Below, one piece after another: positions 25,231 to 34,136 of a stretch of 64,000 nt of DNA. How positions within the stretch are numbered: the stretch's first letter is position 1; each line of letters starts with the position of its first letter. Under the pieces are notes generated by a model, which was not told where the DNA came from, ran no database searches, and saw only the letters and a program-made list of their open reading frames with translations. A program made the translations under genes and the position numbers. Location of the stretch: the NCBI GenBank assembly GCA_016219925.1, contig JACRJU010000012.1:6723-70722 (forward strand), given 5' to 3'. The stretch comes from Candidatus Uhrbacteria bacterium (GTDB lineage Bacteria; Patescibacteriota; Patescibacteriia; UBA9934; GWF2-40-263).

Positions 25231-26514
25231 ATGAATTTTTTCGTGCGTATCGGTGCGGTCGGAGTTTTGCTCAGTCTTTTTTTTGCTCCAAGAGTTTTGT
25301 TAGCTGCGGGCGCCGCGGACACCTGTGCGTGTTTTTGCGCGAATGAAAAGTTAGGAGCACAGAAATTGAAAGATGAGGCCGTGACACCAGATCAATGTGA
25401 GACCGGGTGTACAGAAACAGGAAGAAAGGTTGCTGTTTGCGCCAAGAAGCCAAAGAATTTTCCCGGAAATAATCCCCTGTGCTTTGATTCAGCAGCTTGC
25501 GGTAAACAGGAAGGAGTTTTAGATAAAACACAAGCTCCAGAGTGTCCAAACGGATGGTCTTATTGTTATCCGAACATTGAAAAGTCTGCTGCCAAACTGA
25601 ATATCCCTATTGCGGGTTTGGAAACGGTTGGGGATTTGGGAGTGTATGTGTCGGCCATTTACAAATGGATGGTTGGGATTTCGGGATTTTTAGCTATTAC
25701 CATGGTTATGATCGGCGGGATTCAGTATGTGCTTGCCTCGGGGAGTGAGAACGTCACCAAAGCAAAAGAGCGCATGCAGAATGGGGTGATTGGAATGGCG
25801 CTCCTTTTTGGTGTCGTTCTTATTTTACAGACCATTAACCCCCAGCTTCTTAAATTGGAGATCCCTCGACCTTCTTTGATTCGGCGAGTGGATTTTGTCA
25901 AAAATTCGTGTGAGAAATTGGCTGAGCAGGGATATACTCTTGAGCTCACGAAAGATGGAAAAAAGGAATGTGGAAATACTGCGGAAATCAAAAAAGGTCC
26001 AGGGGGGACAACTGTGGCTGAAGGGCTTACGTGTCAATATACCAAGTGTGAAAAAGGGGCCTGTATATCAACCAGCACTGATGGCGAAGGAGTTTGTGTT
26101 GATTGCCGAAATGTTTCAAAAAATAATCCGACAAGTCCTGGCATTCCGTCCAAATCGGTGTGTAAAGGAATGGAGATACAAAAAACCAATGCAAAAGGTG
26201 AACTGCTTTCCGCAAATTATTGTGAATTCCAACCCGGCGGTGTGCTCAATATATATAACCCCAAGCAGACGACAACCGCTGTGGCACTTTCTGCGGATTC
26301 ATGTTTCGAGACAGTGGTCGACTGTAGCACTATCAAGGAATGCGAAAATTACGATAATGCTCCGGTTTATTATTGGGATGGCGGTGTCCTTAAAAAACAG
26401 GATTTAGATAGCATTTTACCCATTACTTTTCAACAGATTTGTATTAATGATCCGTGTGAGGCTGGAAAAAAGGAAGGATCAAAATGCACGTGGTCGATAA
26501 CGGACTGTGATTAG
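25231..26514 (+). CDS. secreted/membrane cysteine-rich protein (26 Cys) with a central VirB2/TrbC-pilin-like two-helix hairpin
   Basis: 427 aa; signal peptide; ectodomain 1 with 10 Cys; TM hairpin (VYVSAIYKWMVGISGFLAITMVMIGGIQYV - short KAKERM loop - IGMALLFGVVLILQTI) resembling TrbC/VirB2-type pilins; ectodomain 2 with 16 Cys; starts 6 nt after the dsbA-like stop. Confidence 0.5.
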   Translation: MNFFVRIGAVGVLLSLFFAPRVLLAAGAADTCACFCANEKLGAQKLKDEAVTPDQCETGCTETGRKVAVCAKKPKNFPGNNPLCFDSAACGKQEGVLDKTQAPECPNGWSYCYPNIEKSAAKLNIPIAGLETVGDLGVYVSAIYKWMVGISGFLAITMVMIGGIQYVLASGSENVTKAKERMQNGVIGMALLFGVVLILQTINPQLLKLEIPRPSLIRRVDFVKNSCEKLAEQGYTLELTKDGKKECGNTAEIKKGPGGTTVAEGLTCQYTKCEKGACISTSTDGEGVCVDCRNVSKNNPTSPGIPSKSVCKGMEIQKTNAKGELLSANYCEFQPGGVLNIYNPKQTTTAVALSADSCFETVVDCSTIKECENYDNAPVYYWDGGVLKKQDLDSILPITFQQICINDPCEAGKKEGSKCTWSITDCD

Positions 26515-26523
26515 GATTTGTTA

Positions 26524-26552
26524 TTGACGCGTGTTTGTGTGCGTGATAGACT
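26524..26552 (+). promoter_or_regulatory. candidate sigma70 promoter for uvrA (TTGACG-17-TAGACT)
   Basis: TTGACGCGTGTTTGTGTGCGTGATAGACT about 28 nt upstream of the uvrA ATG. Confidence 0.4.
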
Positions 26553-26579
26553 GTGGGACGCTATTGGCTATCCCGCTTT

Positions 26580-29450
26580 ATGTCCGATGACATTTTGATT
26601 CGAGGAGCACGCGTTCACAATTTGAAAAATATTAACGTGAAGATTCCCAAGAACAAACTTGTCGTGGTGACAGGGTTGTCTGGCTCGGGAAAATCTTCTC
26701 TTGCCTTTGATACGATTTACGCGGAAGGGCAGAGGCGCTACATGGAATCGCTTTCCAGTTATGCGCGGCAATTTTTAGAACTGCAGGACAAACCGGACGT
26801 CGATGAAATCTTGGGGCTTTCTCCAACGATCGCGATCGATCAAAAATCGTCTTCGCACAATCCGCGCTCAACCGTCGGAACCGTGACGGAAATCTACGAC
26901 TTTTTACGCGTACTATTTGCGCGCGCCGGACGACCCCATTGTCCGAAATGCGCAAAACCCGTGAGCGAACAGACGCTTGATCAGATCGTTCTTCGCATCG
27001 AACAGACGCTCGGCCGTGAAACATTTTTGCTGTTTGCTCCGGTGGTGAAACAAGAAAAGGGTGAACACAAGCACGCTTTGCAAGCGGCTCTCAATTCCGG
27101 TTTTACACGCGTGCGTTTGGATGGACTGGTTATTGATACCGACGAGGCCATCCGGTTGCGGCGCGACAAAAAGAAAGAACACGACTTGGATGTGTTGATA
27201 TTTGCTTTTGGGCCGGACACGACTTATTCCAAAGACTCTATCACCCAGCAAGTCAAGAAAGCTCTTGATTATGGCAATGGATTTATCACTTTGGTCAACG
27301 ATAGCAATGGGGATGAGATCATCTTTTCTCAAAGTTTCATGTGCGCGGAATGCGGAATGAATCTTCCTAAACCCGAACCGCGTCTGTTTTCGTTCAACTC
27401 CCCTTATGGAGCATGCCAGGAATGCACAGGGCTTGGCGAAAAGCTTGTGCTTGAGCCGGATCTCGTCATTCCAAATCGTCGCCTGACTTTTGCAGAAGGC
27501 GCGGTGCGCCCGTGGACGCGTATTGCGGGCAACCAGACGAGTTATTTGCGTCTGCTTCAAATAGTCGGAAAGAAACATCGGATTCCGATGGACACTCCGA
27601 TCGAAAAAATTTCACAAGCGAAACTGGATATCGCTTTGTATGGCACCGGCGAAGAAGTATTTTTGTTTGATGGGCAAGAAGTTACTTATCCGGGAATTTT
27701 GAAACAGCTCGAGCAGAAATATCGTGAGACCGATTCGGAGTATGTCCGTAGCGAGCTTGAGGGCTACATGCGCCGGATGATTTGTCCGTCCTGTGAGGGG
27801 AAGCGTTTACAACCGTTTGTTTTGGCGGTAACGATTTCTGGAAAATCGATTGCGGATGTCGTGAATATGCCCGTTGAGGACGTTGGAGCGTTTTTTTCCT
27901 CCGTCATTGCGAGCGAGACCAAGCTAAAGACGAGTCGAGGAAAGCTTCAACAGACATTCACCAATGGGTTGACCGGTGATGAACGTCTGGTCGTTGAACG
28001 TGTTGCCAAAGAGGTTAATACGCGCATCGGTCAGCTCATTCAAGTTGGTCTTGGGTATCTCACCCTAGATCGCAGTGCCATGACCCTTTCCGGCGGTGAG
28101 TCCCAGCGCGTCCGTTTGGCCACACAACTGGGGACGCAGCTTTCCGGGGTCATCTACATTTTAGATGAACCATCCATTGGCCTTCATCCGCGCGATAATG
28201 ATCAGCTGATCGCGACCATTAAGCGCTTGCGCGACAACGGAAATTCGGTAATTGTCGTTGAACACGACGAGGCCATGATCCGTCAGGCGGATTATGTCTT
28301 TGACGTAGGACCGGGAGCGGGAGAGTATGGCGGAGAGATCGTTGCGGAAGGCACGGCGACTCAAATTCAAAAAAAGAAAGAGTCTCTTACCGGCCAATAT
28401 CTGTCCGGCAAGAAGTCGATTCCGCTTCCGAAAAAATACCGTAAAGGGAGTGGTAAAAAGATCACCATCTGTGGAGCCAAGGCTTTTAACTTGCAGAACA
28501 TCGACGTCGATATTCCGCTTGGCAAGCTGGTGTGCGTCACAGGCGTTTCTGGTTCGGGAAAATCCACATTGATTCTTGATATCTTGGGCAAGGCGCTCTC
28601 GCGTAAGTTTTATCGTTCAAAAGTTTATCCGGGCGAGCACAAAGCGATCAAAGGAATTGAACACATCGACAAAGTGGTTGCGGTTGATCAATCACCGATC
28701 GGGCGTACGCCGCGGTCCAATCCAGCGACGTATACGGGAGTGTTTACAGCAATCCGCGATGTGTATACCGCCGTGCCCGAAGCGAAACTGCGTAATTTTG
28801 ATGCGGGGAAATTTAGCTTCAATGTGAAGGGTGGAGGACGTTGCGAAGTGTGTTCGGGTGACGGCATGCGCCGCATTGAGATGCAATTCATGCCGGATGT
28901 GTATGTCGAGTGTTCTGAATGTCATGGTACGCGTTACAACCCCGAAGTGCTCGAGATTCACTATAAGCAAAAGCACATCGCGGATGTTCTCTCGATGACG
29001 GTTGAAGAAGCTCGGCGATTTTTTGCCGACCAGTCGGCTATTTTCGATAAGCTCGATATCTTGCATGAAGTTGGTTTGGGTTACATTAAACTAGGTCAAC
29101 CCGCGACAACGCTTTCGGGGGGAGAGGCTCAGCGCGTGAAGCTGGCAACCGAACTTTCACGCCGCGCCACGGGCCGCACTCTGTATATTTTGGACGAACC
29201 GACCACGGGGTTGCACTTTGAAGATATCAAACGCCTCTTGGGAGTTTTGCAAATGCTTGTTGATAAAGGCAATACGGTTGTGGTGATCGAGCACAATCTT
29301 GATGTCATCAAAACTTCGGATTGGGTGATTGATATGGGGCCTGATGGAGGCGTTAAAGGAGGGAAGATTGTTGCCGAAGGATCGCCCAAAGATATCGTGA
29401 AAATCAAAGATTCCGTAACGGGAAAATACCTGAAAGCCGTGCTGAAATAA
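26580..29450 (+). CDS. uvrA: excinuclease ABC subunit A
   Basis: Two ABC ATPase modules (GLSGSGKSS ... GVSGSGKST), zinc-finger Cys clusters ([23 protein letters not shown]), LSGGE signatures; start chosen at [15 protein letters not shown] (the track gives 26553). Confidence 0.9.
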   Translation: MSDDILIRGARVHNLKNINVKIPKNKLVVVTGLSGSGKSSLAFDTIYAEGQRRYMESLSSYARQFLELQDKPDVDEILGLSPTIAIDQKSSSHNPRSTVGTVTEIYDFLRVLFARAGRPHCPKCAKPVSEQTLDQIVLRIEQTLGRETFLLFAPVVKQEKGEHKHALQAALNSGFTRVRLDGLVIDTDEAIRLRRDKKKEHDLDVLIFAFGPDTTYSKDSITQQVKKALDYGNGFITLVNDSNGDEIIFSQSFMCAECGMNLPKPEPRLFSFNSPYGACQECTGLGEKLVLEPDLVIPNRRLTFAEGAVRPWTRIAGNQTSYLRLLQIVGKKHRIPMDTPIEKISQAKLDIALYGTGEEVFLFDGQEVTYPGILKQLEQKYRETDSEYVRSELEGYMRRMICPSCEGKRLQPFVLAVTISGKSIADVVNMPVEDVGAFFSSVIASETKLKTSRGKLQQTFTNGLTGDERLVVERVAKEVNTRIGQLIQVGLGYLTLDRSAMTLSGGESQRVRLATQLGTQLSGVIYILDEPSIGLHPRDNDQLIATIKRLRDNGNSVIVVEHDEAMIRQADYVFDVGPGAGEYGGEIVAEGTATQIQKKKESLTGQYLSGKKSIPLPKKYRKGSGKKITICGAKAFNLQNIDVDIPLGKLVCVTGVSGSGKSTLILDILGKALSRKFYRSKVYPGEHKAIKGIEHIDKVVAVDQSPIGRTPRSNPATYTGVFTAIRDVYTAVPEAKLRNFDAGKFSFNVKGGGRCEVCSGDGMRRIEMQFMPDVYVECSECHGTRYNPEVLEIHYKQKHIADVLSMTVEEARRFFADQSAIFDKLDILHEVGLGYIKLGQPATTLSGGEAQRVKLATELSRRATGRTLYILDEPTTGLHFEDIKRLLGVLQMLVDKGNTVVVIEHNLDVIKTSDWVIDMGPDGGVKGGKIVAEGSPKDIVKIKDSVTGKYLKAVLK

Positions 29451-29459
29451 CCCTAGCTG

Positions 29460-29488
29460 TTGACAAAAGGCCATTTTTTTGGTATATT
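29460..29488 (+). promoter_or_regulatory. near-consensus sigma70 promoter (TTGACA-17-TATATT)
   Basis: TTGACAAAAGGCCATTTTTTTGGTATATT, about 40 nt upstream of the 29527 ORF. Confidence 0.55.
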
Positions 29489-29526
29489 TTGGCGTTCAAA
29501 ATTAAGCCGACTTTTCTCCCTTATTT

Positions 29527-31239
29527 ATGATCAATTTGAAAAAAACCTTAATTGCCGCTCTCTTGGCCGCAACGGCTGTGAGCCCGATCATTCCCTCGGT
29601 AAACGCTGGCGACGGTCAGTGGAATTCTGTCATCGCCGAGGCCGCTTGGGACTATGATTTGTACCGCGTTGAACGCCTTTCCACGGGGAAGAACGTGAGC
29701 GGCCCGTTTGAGTTTAATGACGGAATATTTTTGAGCGAACAGGCCAAGAGCTGTAAATATCCCGATGCGTGTCAGTTGGTTGATTTGACGTTCGTCAAAA
29801 ACGGATCGCTGATGCGCGTGAACGATGTGAATCCTCGCGTCTTGTCTCCTTTTTGGCACAGCGGCCAAGATGGGCGGTTTGTTTATCTGGTGCCTTCTTC
29901 CAGCAAAGACAGCTGGGGAACCGTGTTTGGATACTTACCAGAAAGTGGAGTGATTCAGACATTGAGTTCGATTGTGCGCAAGACTGACGACATCAACTAT
30001 TTAACTTCATCCGTGGATGGCACGCGTGTGTACGCGTCCATCCTTCATAAGGACGCTCAAACCGGTGCGGTTGAAACCAAGCTTTCCGTTGCCGATTACG
30101 CCGAGCGTTTTGAGCGCGATGATTTTACGTGGACGTTGAATGCGCGTTGGCAAGAGATTTTGGATGTTCGCGATCGCCTTGTGCTCGCGAAGTTTCATTT
30201 TGACGGAGGGCACTCACAGCTCATCTTGATCGATGAAGCTCATCGGACGGTTAAGGATATTCCCGGAACTTGGACGACTCCAGACGGAGATATCGTTGCC
30301 GCGCATTTCCTTTCTGACGGCACGGTCCAGTACTTTCAAAACTTCCGCATGTACACTTATAAACCCGGAGATGAAAAAGCTACCGAATCCGGTGGAGCGT
30401 ATCTCAACTGGTTCGCTGATCCCAAAGACAGCATCCAGATTGTCGGAGATCGCATGGCCTATCTTGATCCGGAGAACACGTTATATGTGACGTCTCCTCA
30501 AGGAGCTTCAAGCTTCGGCAAGGTGCTCAATGGCAAGTTTACTCTTGAGGCCGATGCGGTTTACTTCCAGTCTCCAAAAGAATTTAACAGCTATACGTTC
30601 AGCACCAAAACTTGGAAGGCCCGTCATTTTCAAGTGACGGATGCCTATGAAGACATTCTCATTGGAACAGACGCGCAAGGGAATATCTGGTATGAAAATG
30701 AGACCAGCGGAAAGACCGTAAACATTGGTTACGGTTCCGCGCCGGTTTTGACCGATCGCGAGCATGCGATTTGGAAGGGGGCCGATGGCCACATCTATCA
30801 AGTCACGTTTTCCTCGCTTCTTGATCTGGGCAAGTCCCAGGTCCAAGCTTTCAAAGCTTACGGCGAGTCAACGGTTTACTTGCAGGTTGATCAGAAAACA
30901 TGGCGTGTTCCGGATGAGCAGACGTACTTCACCTGGTTTTCCTCATGGGCCAAAGTGACTTCAGTGTCGACTCAAACGGCAAAAGTTTATCTGGATAAGG
31001 CTCCGTTGATGGGAGACGCCCCGTTTGCTCCGGGGACCCGTGTGAAAGCCGCTGGCAATGCCCGCGTGTATGTCTCTGGAACAAATGGGTCACTTCATTG
31101 GATGGTCTCCGAGACGGTTGCGAATCAAATCTACGGTTCGTCTTGGAATAAAGGTATTATTGAAGTTCGCCCTGAACGTTTGTGGAATTATCCCACGGGA
31201 TCTCGTCTGAATTCAAGCACGGATATTCAACAGATTTAA
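29527..31239 (+). CDS. secreted hypothetical protein (signal peptide; beta-rich, possibly beta-propeller-like)
   Basis: 570 aa; N-terminal signal peptide MINLKKTLIAALLAATAVSPIIPSVNA; no recognisable catalytic motifs. Confidence 0.55.
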   Translation: MINLKKTLIAALLAATAVSPIIPSVNAGDGQWNSVIAEAAWDYDLYRVERLSTGKNVSGPFEFNDGIFLSEQAKSCKYPDACQLVDLTFVKNGSLMRVNDVNPRVLSPFWHSGQDGRFVYLVPSSSKDSWGTVFGYLPESGVIQTLSSIVRKTDDINYLTSSVDGTRVYASILHKDAQTGAVETKLSVADYAERFERDDFTWTLNARWQEILDVRDRLVLAKFHFDGGHSQLILIDEAHRTVKDIPGTWTTPDGDIVAAHFLSDGTVQYFQNFRMYTYKPGDEKATESGGAYLNWFADPKDSIQIVGDRMAYLDPENTLYVTSPQGASSFGKVLNGKFTLEADAVYFQSPKEFNSYTFSTKTWKARHFQVTDAYEDILIGTDAQGNIWYENETSGKTVNIGYGSAPVLTDREHAIWKGADGHIYQVTFSSLLDLGKSQVQAFKAYGESTVYLQVDQKTWRVPDEQTYFTWFSSWAKVTSVSTQTAKVYLDKAPLMGDAPFAPGTRVKAAGNARVYVSGTNGSLHWMVSETVANQIYGSSWNKGIIEVRPERLWNYPTGSRLNSSTDIQQI

Positions 31240-31246
31240 TAGATCA

Positions 31247-31283
31247 AAAAAACCGCTCGGTCATTTGACCGGACGGTTTTTAT
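31247..31283. terminator. bidirectional rho-independent terminator between the secreted-protein gene (+) and rplS (-)
   Basis: AAAAAAACCGCTCGGTCAtttGACCGGACGGTTTTTAT: hairpin flanked by an A-run on one side and a T-run on the other. Confidence 0.6.
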
Positions 31284-31284
31284 G

Positions 31285-31689
31285 TTACTTAACGTACGTT
31301 TCTTTCAATTTTCGTTTAAAGCGATTTTTGAGATTGGATACGAAGCTGAGCTTGGCTCGGCGAACGCGAGCGGTTTTGACGAGTTCGATTTTTGCGATGA
31401 CGGGTGATTGGATCGGGAAGATTTTTTCCACGGCCACCGTTCCGCTCATTTTGCGGATCGTGAAGGTGCGGGATACTCCAGCTCCACGTATTCCCAAGAC
31501 CATCCCCTCAAATACCTGGATACGTTGACGTTCCTCTCCTTTTGGAGAGACGTCCACAATGCGTTCATGAACGCGCACCGTCTGTCCGGCCTTGAGTTCA
31601 TCGAAGTTGATGAGTTTGGTGTTGATGATCGCGGATTCTTCCGCGGGGGTCGGCTCCAAAGGAGTCTGGATGGATTGTTCGTCTGACAT
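31285..31689 (-). CDS. rplS: 50S ribosomal protein L19
   Basis: 134 aa; conserved L19 core (FKAGDTVRV-like QTVRVHERIV..., RIQVFEGMVLGIRGAGVSRTFTIRKMSGTVAVEKIFPIQSP); N-terminal acidic extension. Confidence 0.85.
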   Translation of the reverse strand: MSDEQSIQTPLEPTPAEESAIINTKLINFDELKAGQTVRVHERIVDVSPKGEERQRIQVFEGMVLGIRGAGVSRTFTIRKMSGTVAVEKIFPIQSPVIAKIELVKTARVRRAKLSFVSNLKNRFKRKLKETYVK

Positions 31690-31728
31690 AGAAAGGGGTC
31701 ATTCCGGAAAAATTAAAGCGCGGGCATC

Positions 31729-32280
31729 TTACGAAACCGTAGGGATTTTGTCAAGAATCTGGGTGATAATTTGTTCTGGTGAAAGATGCGTGGTATCAAT
31801 GACCAGGTCGTAATTGGCCTGGTTGAGATAATCCAGTCCGTAGTATTTTTGGTATCGGCTTTGGTCGGAAGCCACGCGCGCGCGGACACGTTCTTTCACT
31901 TCTTCTGCGGAGGCATAAGGTCTTTCATCCTTGCGCAGGCCTTTTTTGGAAGCGTCAAAAATGCGTTGCGCCGCTTCATCTTCATCCACGTCTAGAAATA
32001 TTTTGAATGAGTTCGGAATGAAGTGCCAGGAAAGCCGACCGTCCATGATCACATCTTGTTGTTCTTGACCAAGTTTGGTTTGGTAATCGTCGACTTCTGT
32101 GTCGGTAAAATCTTGTGTTTCTCCAAGCGTGTTGAATTCATCAATGGTCATGCCACGTTCATGGGCCATTTTTCCGCGCAGGTCTCCCATGGAATACCAC
32201 GGGATCCCTAGGTTTTCAGAAAGCCTTTTCGCAATAGTTGATTTTCCAGAGCCAGGTCGGCCGGTCAGAGTAATGATCAT
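31729..32280 (-). CDS. (d)CMP kinase / cytidylate kinase-like P-loop NMP kinase
   Basis: 183 aa; P-loop MIITLTGRPGSGKSTIAKRL, short archaeal-type Cmk length. Confidence 0.6.
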   Translation of the reverse strand: MIITLTGRPGSGKSTIAKRLSENLGIPWYSMGDLRGKMAHERGMTIDEFNTLGETQDFTDTEVDDYQTKLGQEQQDVIMDGRLSWHFIPNSFKIFLDVDEDEAAQRIFDASKKGLRKDERPYASAEEVKERVRARVASDQSRYQKYYGLDYLNQANYDLVIDTTHLSPEQIITQILDKIPTVS

Positions 32281-32290
32281 AAAACAGTCC

Positions 32291-33211
32291 TTACTTTAGG
32301 GTTGTCAGGATTTTTTTGAGTTCATTCGGAAGCGGTTCCACGAAAGTTTTTTCTGTTCCGTCCATCAATCGAATCCGCAGTTTGTGCGCATGCAAAAAGA
32401 CACGGTTCATTTCAATGGGACGGATGTGTTTCATGCGCGTTTTTTTGTAGAGGGTATCCCCGACGATGGGGTAATCAATGGCTCGCAGGTGAACGCGAAT
32501 TTGGTGCGTGCGTCCCGTGTGGAGGATGACGCGGATGTAGGTGTGGTTTTTATAGCGCTTCACCACATCGTACTCCGTCAGAGCTTCTTTTCCTTCTTGA
32601 CTTGAAGGTCTGGCGACCATGCGCCCGCGTGCTTTGGAGCGAGCGATTTTTAGGGTGATGACGTCGTGATCTTTTGGAAGGGAACCATACACGAGCGCGA
32701 GATACTCTTTATAGACCGTGCGGTTTTGAAATTGCGCCTTAAGAAATTGATGAGCTTCTTGCGTTTTGGCGATGACCATAAGGCCAGAGACATCTTTATC
32801 CAAACGATGAACAATGCCAGGCCTGATGGGATTTTCCCCAACGTCTGCGATTTCTGGCCGCATTTCAAGCAGAGCATCCACGAGGGTCGGGGTATCGGGG
32901 GCTCCCTCGTAGCCATGGACGATCAAGCCGGCTGGCTTGTTGATGATAAGCACGTCTGGATTTTCGTAAACAATTTGCAGAAGCGGAATATCTCCTTTGC
33001 GTGCGGGGGGTGCGCCAGTTTCCACAGGAGGAACAAAAATTTTTTCTCCGCCCTGTACGCGAGTGTCTCGGTCCGCGGGTTTGCCGTTCACTAAAATGTC
33101 ACGGGTCTTGATGAGCTTTTGGACTTGTCCGCGCGTGAGATCGCACAGAGCCGTCACGGCGACATCGAGGCGTTGTCCACTGTGTGTCTCATCAATGATA
33201 AAAGTGGGCAT
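32291..33211 (-). CDS. rluD: RluA-family 23S rRNA pseudouridine synthase (RluD-like)
   Basis: S4 domain then the catalytic motif HRLDKDVSGLMVIAKT (catalytic Asp); start chosen at MPTFII (the track gives 33244). Confidence 0.8.
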   Translation of the reverse strand: MPTFIIDETHSGQRLDVAVTALCDLTRGQVQKLIKTRDILVNGKPADRDTRVQGGEKIFVPPVETGAPPARKGDIPLLQIVYENPDVLIINKPAGLIVHGYEGAPDTPTLVDALLEMRPEIADVGENPIRPGIVHRLDKDVSGLMVIAKTQEAHQFLKAQFQNRTVYKEYLALVYGSLPKDHDVITLKIARSKARGRMVARPSSQEGKEALTEYDVVKRYKNHTYIRVILHTGRTHQIRVHLRAIDYPIVGDTLYKKTRMKHIRPIEMNRVFLHAHKLRIRLMDGTEKTFVEPLPNELKKILTTLK

Positions 33212-33212
33212 A

Positions 33213-33383
33213 TCAAGCGAACAGCGCACGGTAGAATAACCCAAAGAAGAGAATCAAAAAAAGCGCGGCGATGATAATGGCCACCATGCCGATCATGCCT
33301 TCTTTATCTTTTTCTTTGAGCGTGATACGCAGAAAAAAAATTCCAAAGGCTAAAATGACGAGTCCGAGAAAGAAAAATGGCAT
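33213..33383 (-). CDS. small membrane protein (about 56 aa, two TM), hypothetical
   Basis: MPFFFLGLVILAFGIFFLRITLKEKDKEGMIGMVAIIIAALFLILFFGLFYRALFA; the longer track ORF (to 33416) would overlap the tRNA. Confidence 0.35.
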   Translation of the reverse strand: MPFFFLGLVILAFGIFFLRITLKEKDKEGMIGMVAIIIAALFLILFFGLFYRALFA

Positions 33384-33389
33384 ACGCAC

Positions 33390-33466
33390 TGGTAGGGGCG
33401 GATGGATTCGAACCATCGGCCATCGAGGTATAAGCTCGACGCTCTAACCAACTGAGCTACGCCCCT
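33390..33466 (-). tRNA. tRNA-Ile with anticodon UAU (AUA-decoding type), CCA encoded
   Basis: Minus-strand read AGGGGCGTAGCTCAGTTGGTTAGAGCG-TCGAG-CTTATAC-CTCGA-TGGCC-GATGGTTCGAATCCATC-CGCCCCTACCA; perfect 5-bp anticodon stem; loop CTTATAC gives U33 and anticodon TAT. Confidence 0.7.
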
Positions 33467-33543
33467 GTGAGCGTCTGTGCGATAGTCAGTCGCGGCTTTG
33501 CGCGAGGGCTTTTATAGTATATCATCGGTATGAGATTGACCAT

Positions 33544-33990
33544 ATGTCCGCCTTTGATTTTTCCTCCTTTGGGTCGTTTTTGTCTGTGATCTGGTTTTTT
33601 ATTTATTGGATTTTGGGAGGGGTTTTCTTTGCGGTCATTGCGCTCTTACGGCTTGGGCGCGTGAGAAAAGTTCGGTTCAGTTGTCTGTTTACGATTTGGG
33701 TCGGGGTCATTTCCGTTCTTGTTTCGTCTAAGGGATTGGCGTGGAGCCATGAGGCGATCACCCGTTGTGTGGAAGGGGCGACCTCGCGAGTTCAGATAAT
33801 TGTAGCGGTATTTACTTGCGGATTTTCCGGAGTCCTTGGAGCGTTTTTGATTGGCGCCTTTGCGGTGACTGCTGGCGGATTTTTGATTTTTGCAATTTCT
33901 CGGACGAAGATGAAACCTTGGATTGTTCTTGAGGAGGAAGAGGTCGCGCCAATAAAGCAAGACGACTCGACCAAGTTTTTTAAAGGTTGA
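33544..33990 (+). CDS. integral membrane protein, hypothetical (4 TM, acidic C-terminus)
   Basis: 148 aa hydrophobic ORF with an EEEEVAPIKQDD tail. Confidence 0.45.
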   Translation: MSAFDFSSFGSFLSVIWFFIYWILGGVFFAVIALLRLGRVRKVRFSCLFTIWVGVISVLVSSKGLAWSHEAITRCVEGATSRVQIIVAVFTCGFSGVLGAFLIGAFAVTAGGFLIFAISRTKMKPWIVLEEEEVAPIKQDDSTKFFKG

Positions 33991-34029
33991 CGCGTTTTTT
34001 AACATTGACTACAATTCGCACGCTTCTAG

Positions 34030-34106
34030 GGGCGCATAGCTCAGTTGGTTAGAGCGTCACATTGACATTGTGAAGGTCAGAGGTTCGACTCCTCTTGCGC
34101 CCACCA
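34030..34106 (+). tRNA. tRNA-Val (anticodon GAC), CCA encoded
   Basis: GGGCGCATAGCTCAGTTGGTTAGAGCG-TCACA-TTGACAT-TGTGA-AGGTC-AGAGGTTCGACTCCTCT-TGCGCCCACCA. Confidence 0.8.
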
Positions 34107-34136
34107 GTTCGCTCACAGGCAGAATGCGGAGAATCT

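Noticed and set aside
26568-29474. Minus-strand ORFs within uvrA (26632..27024, 26913..27578, 28692..29066, 29157..29474)
   Set aside because: Antisense to the full-length, motif-complete uvrA; no independent support.
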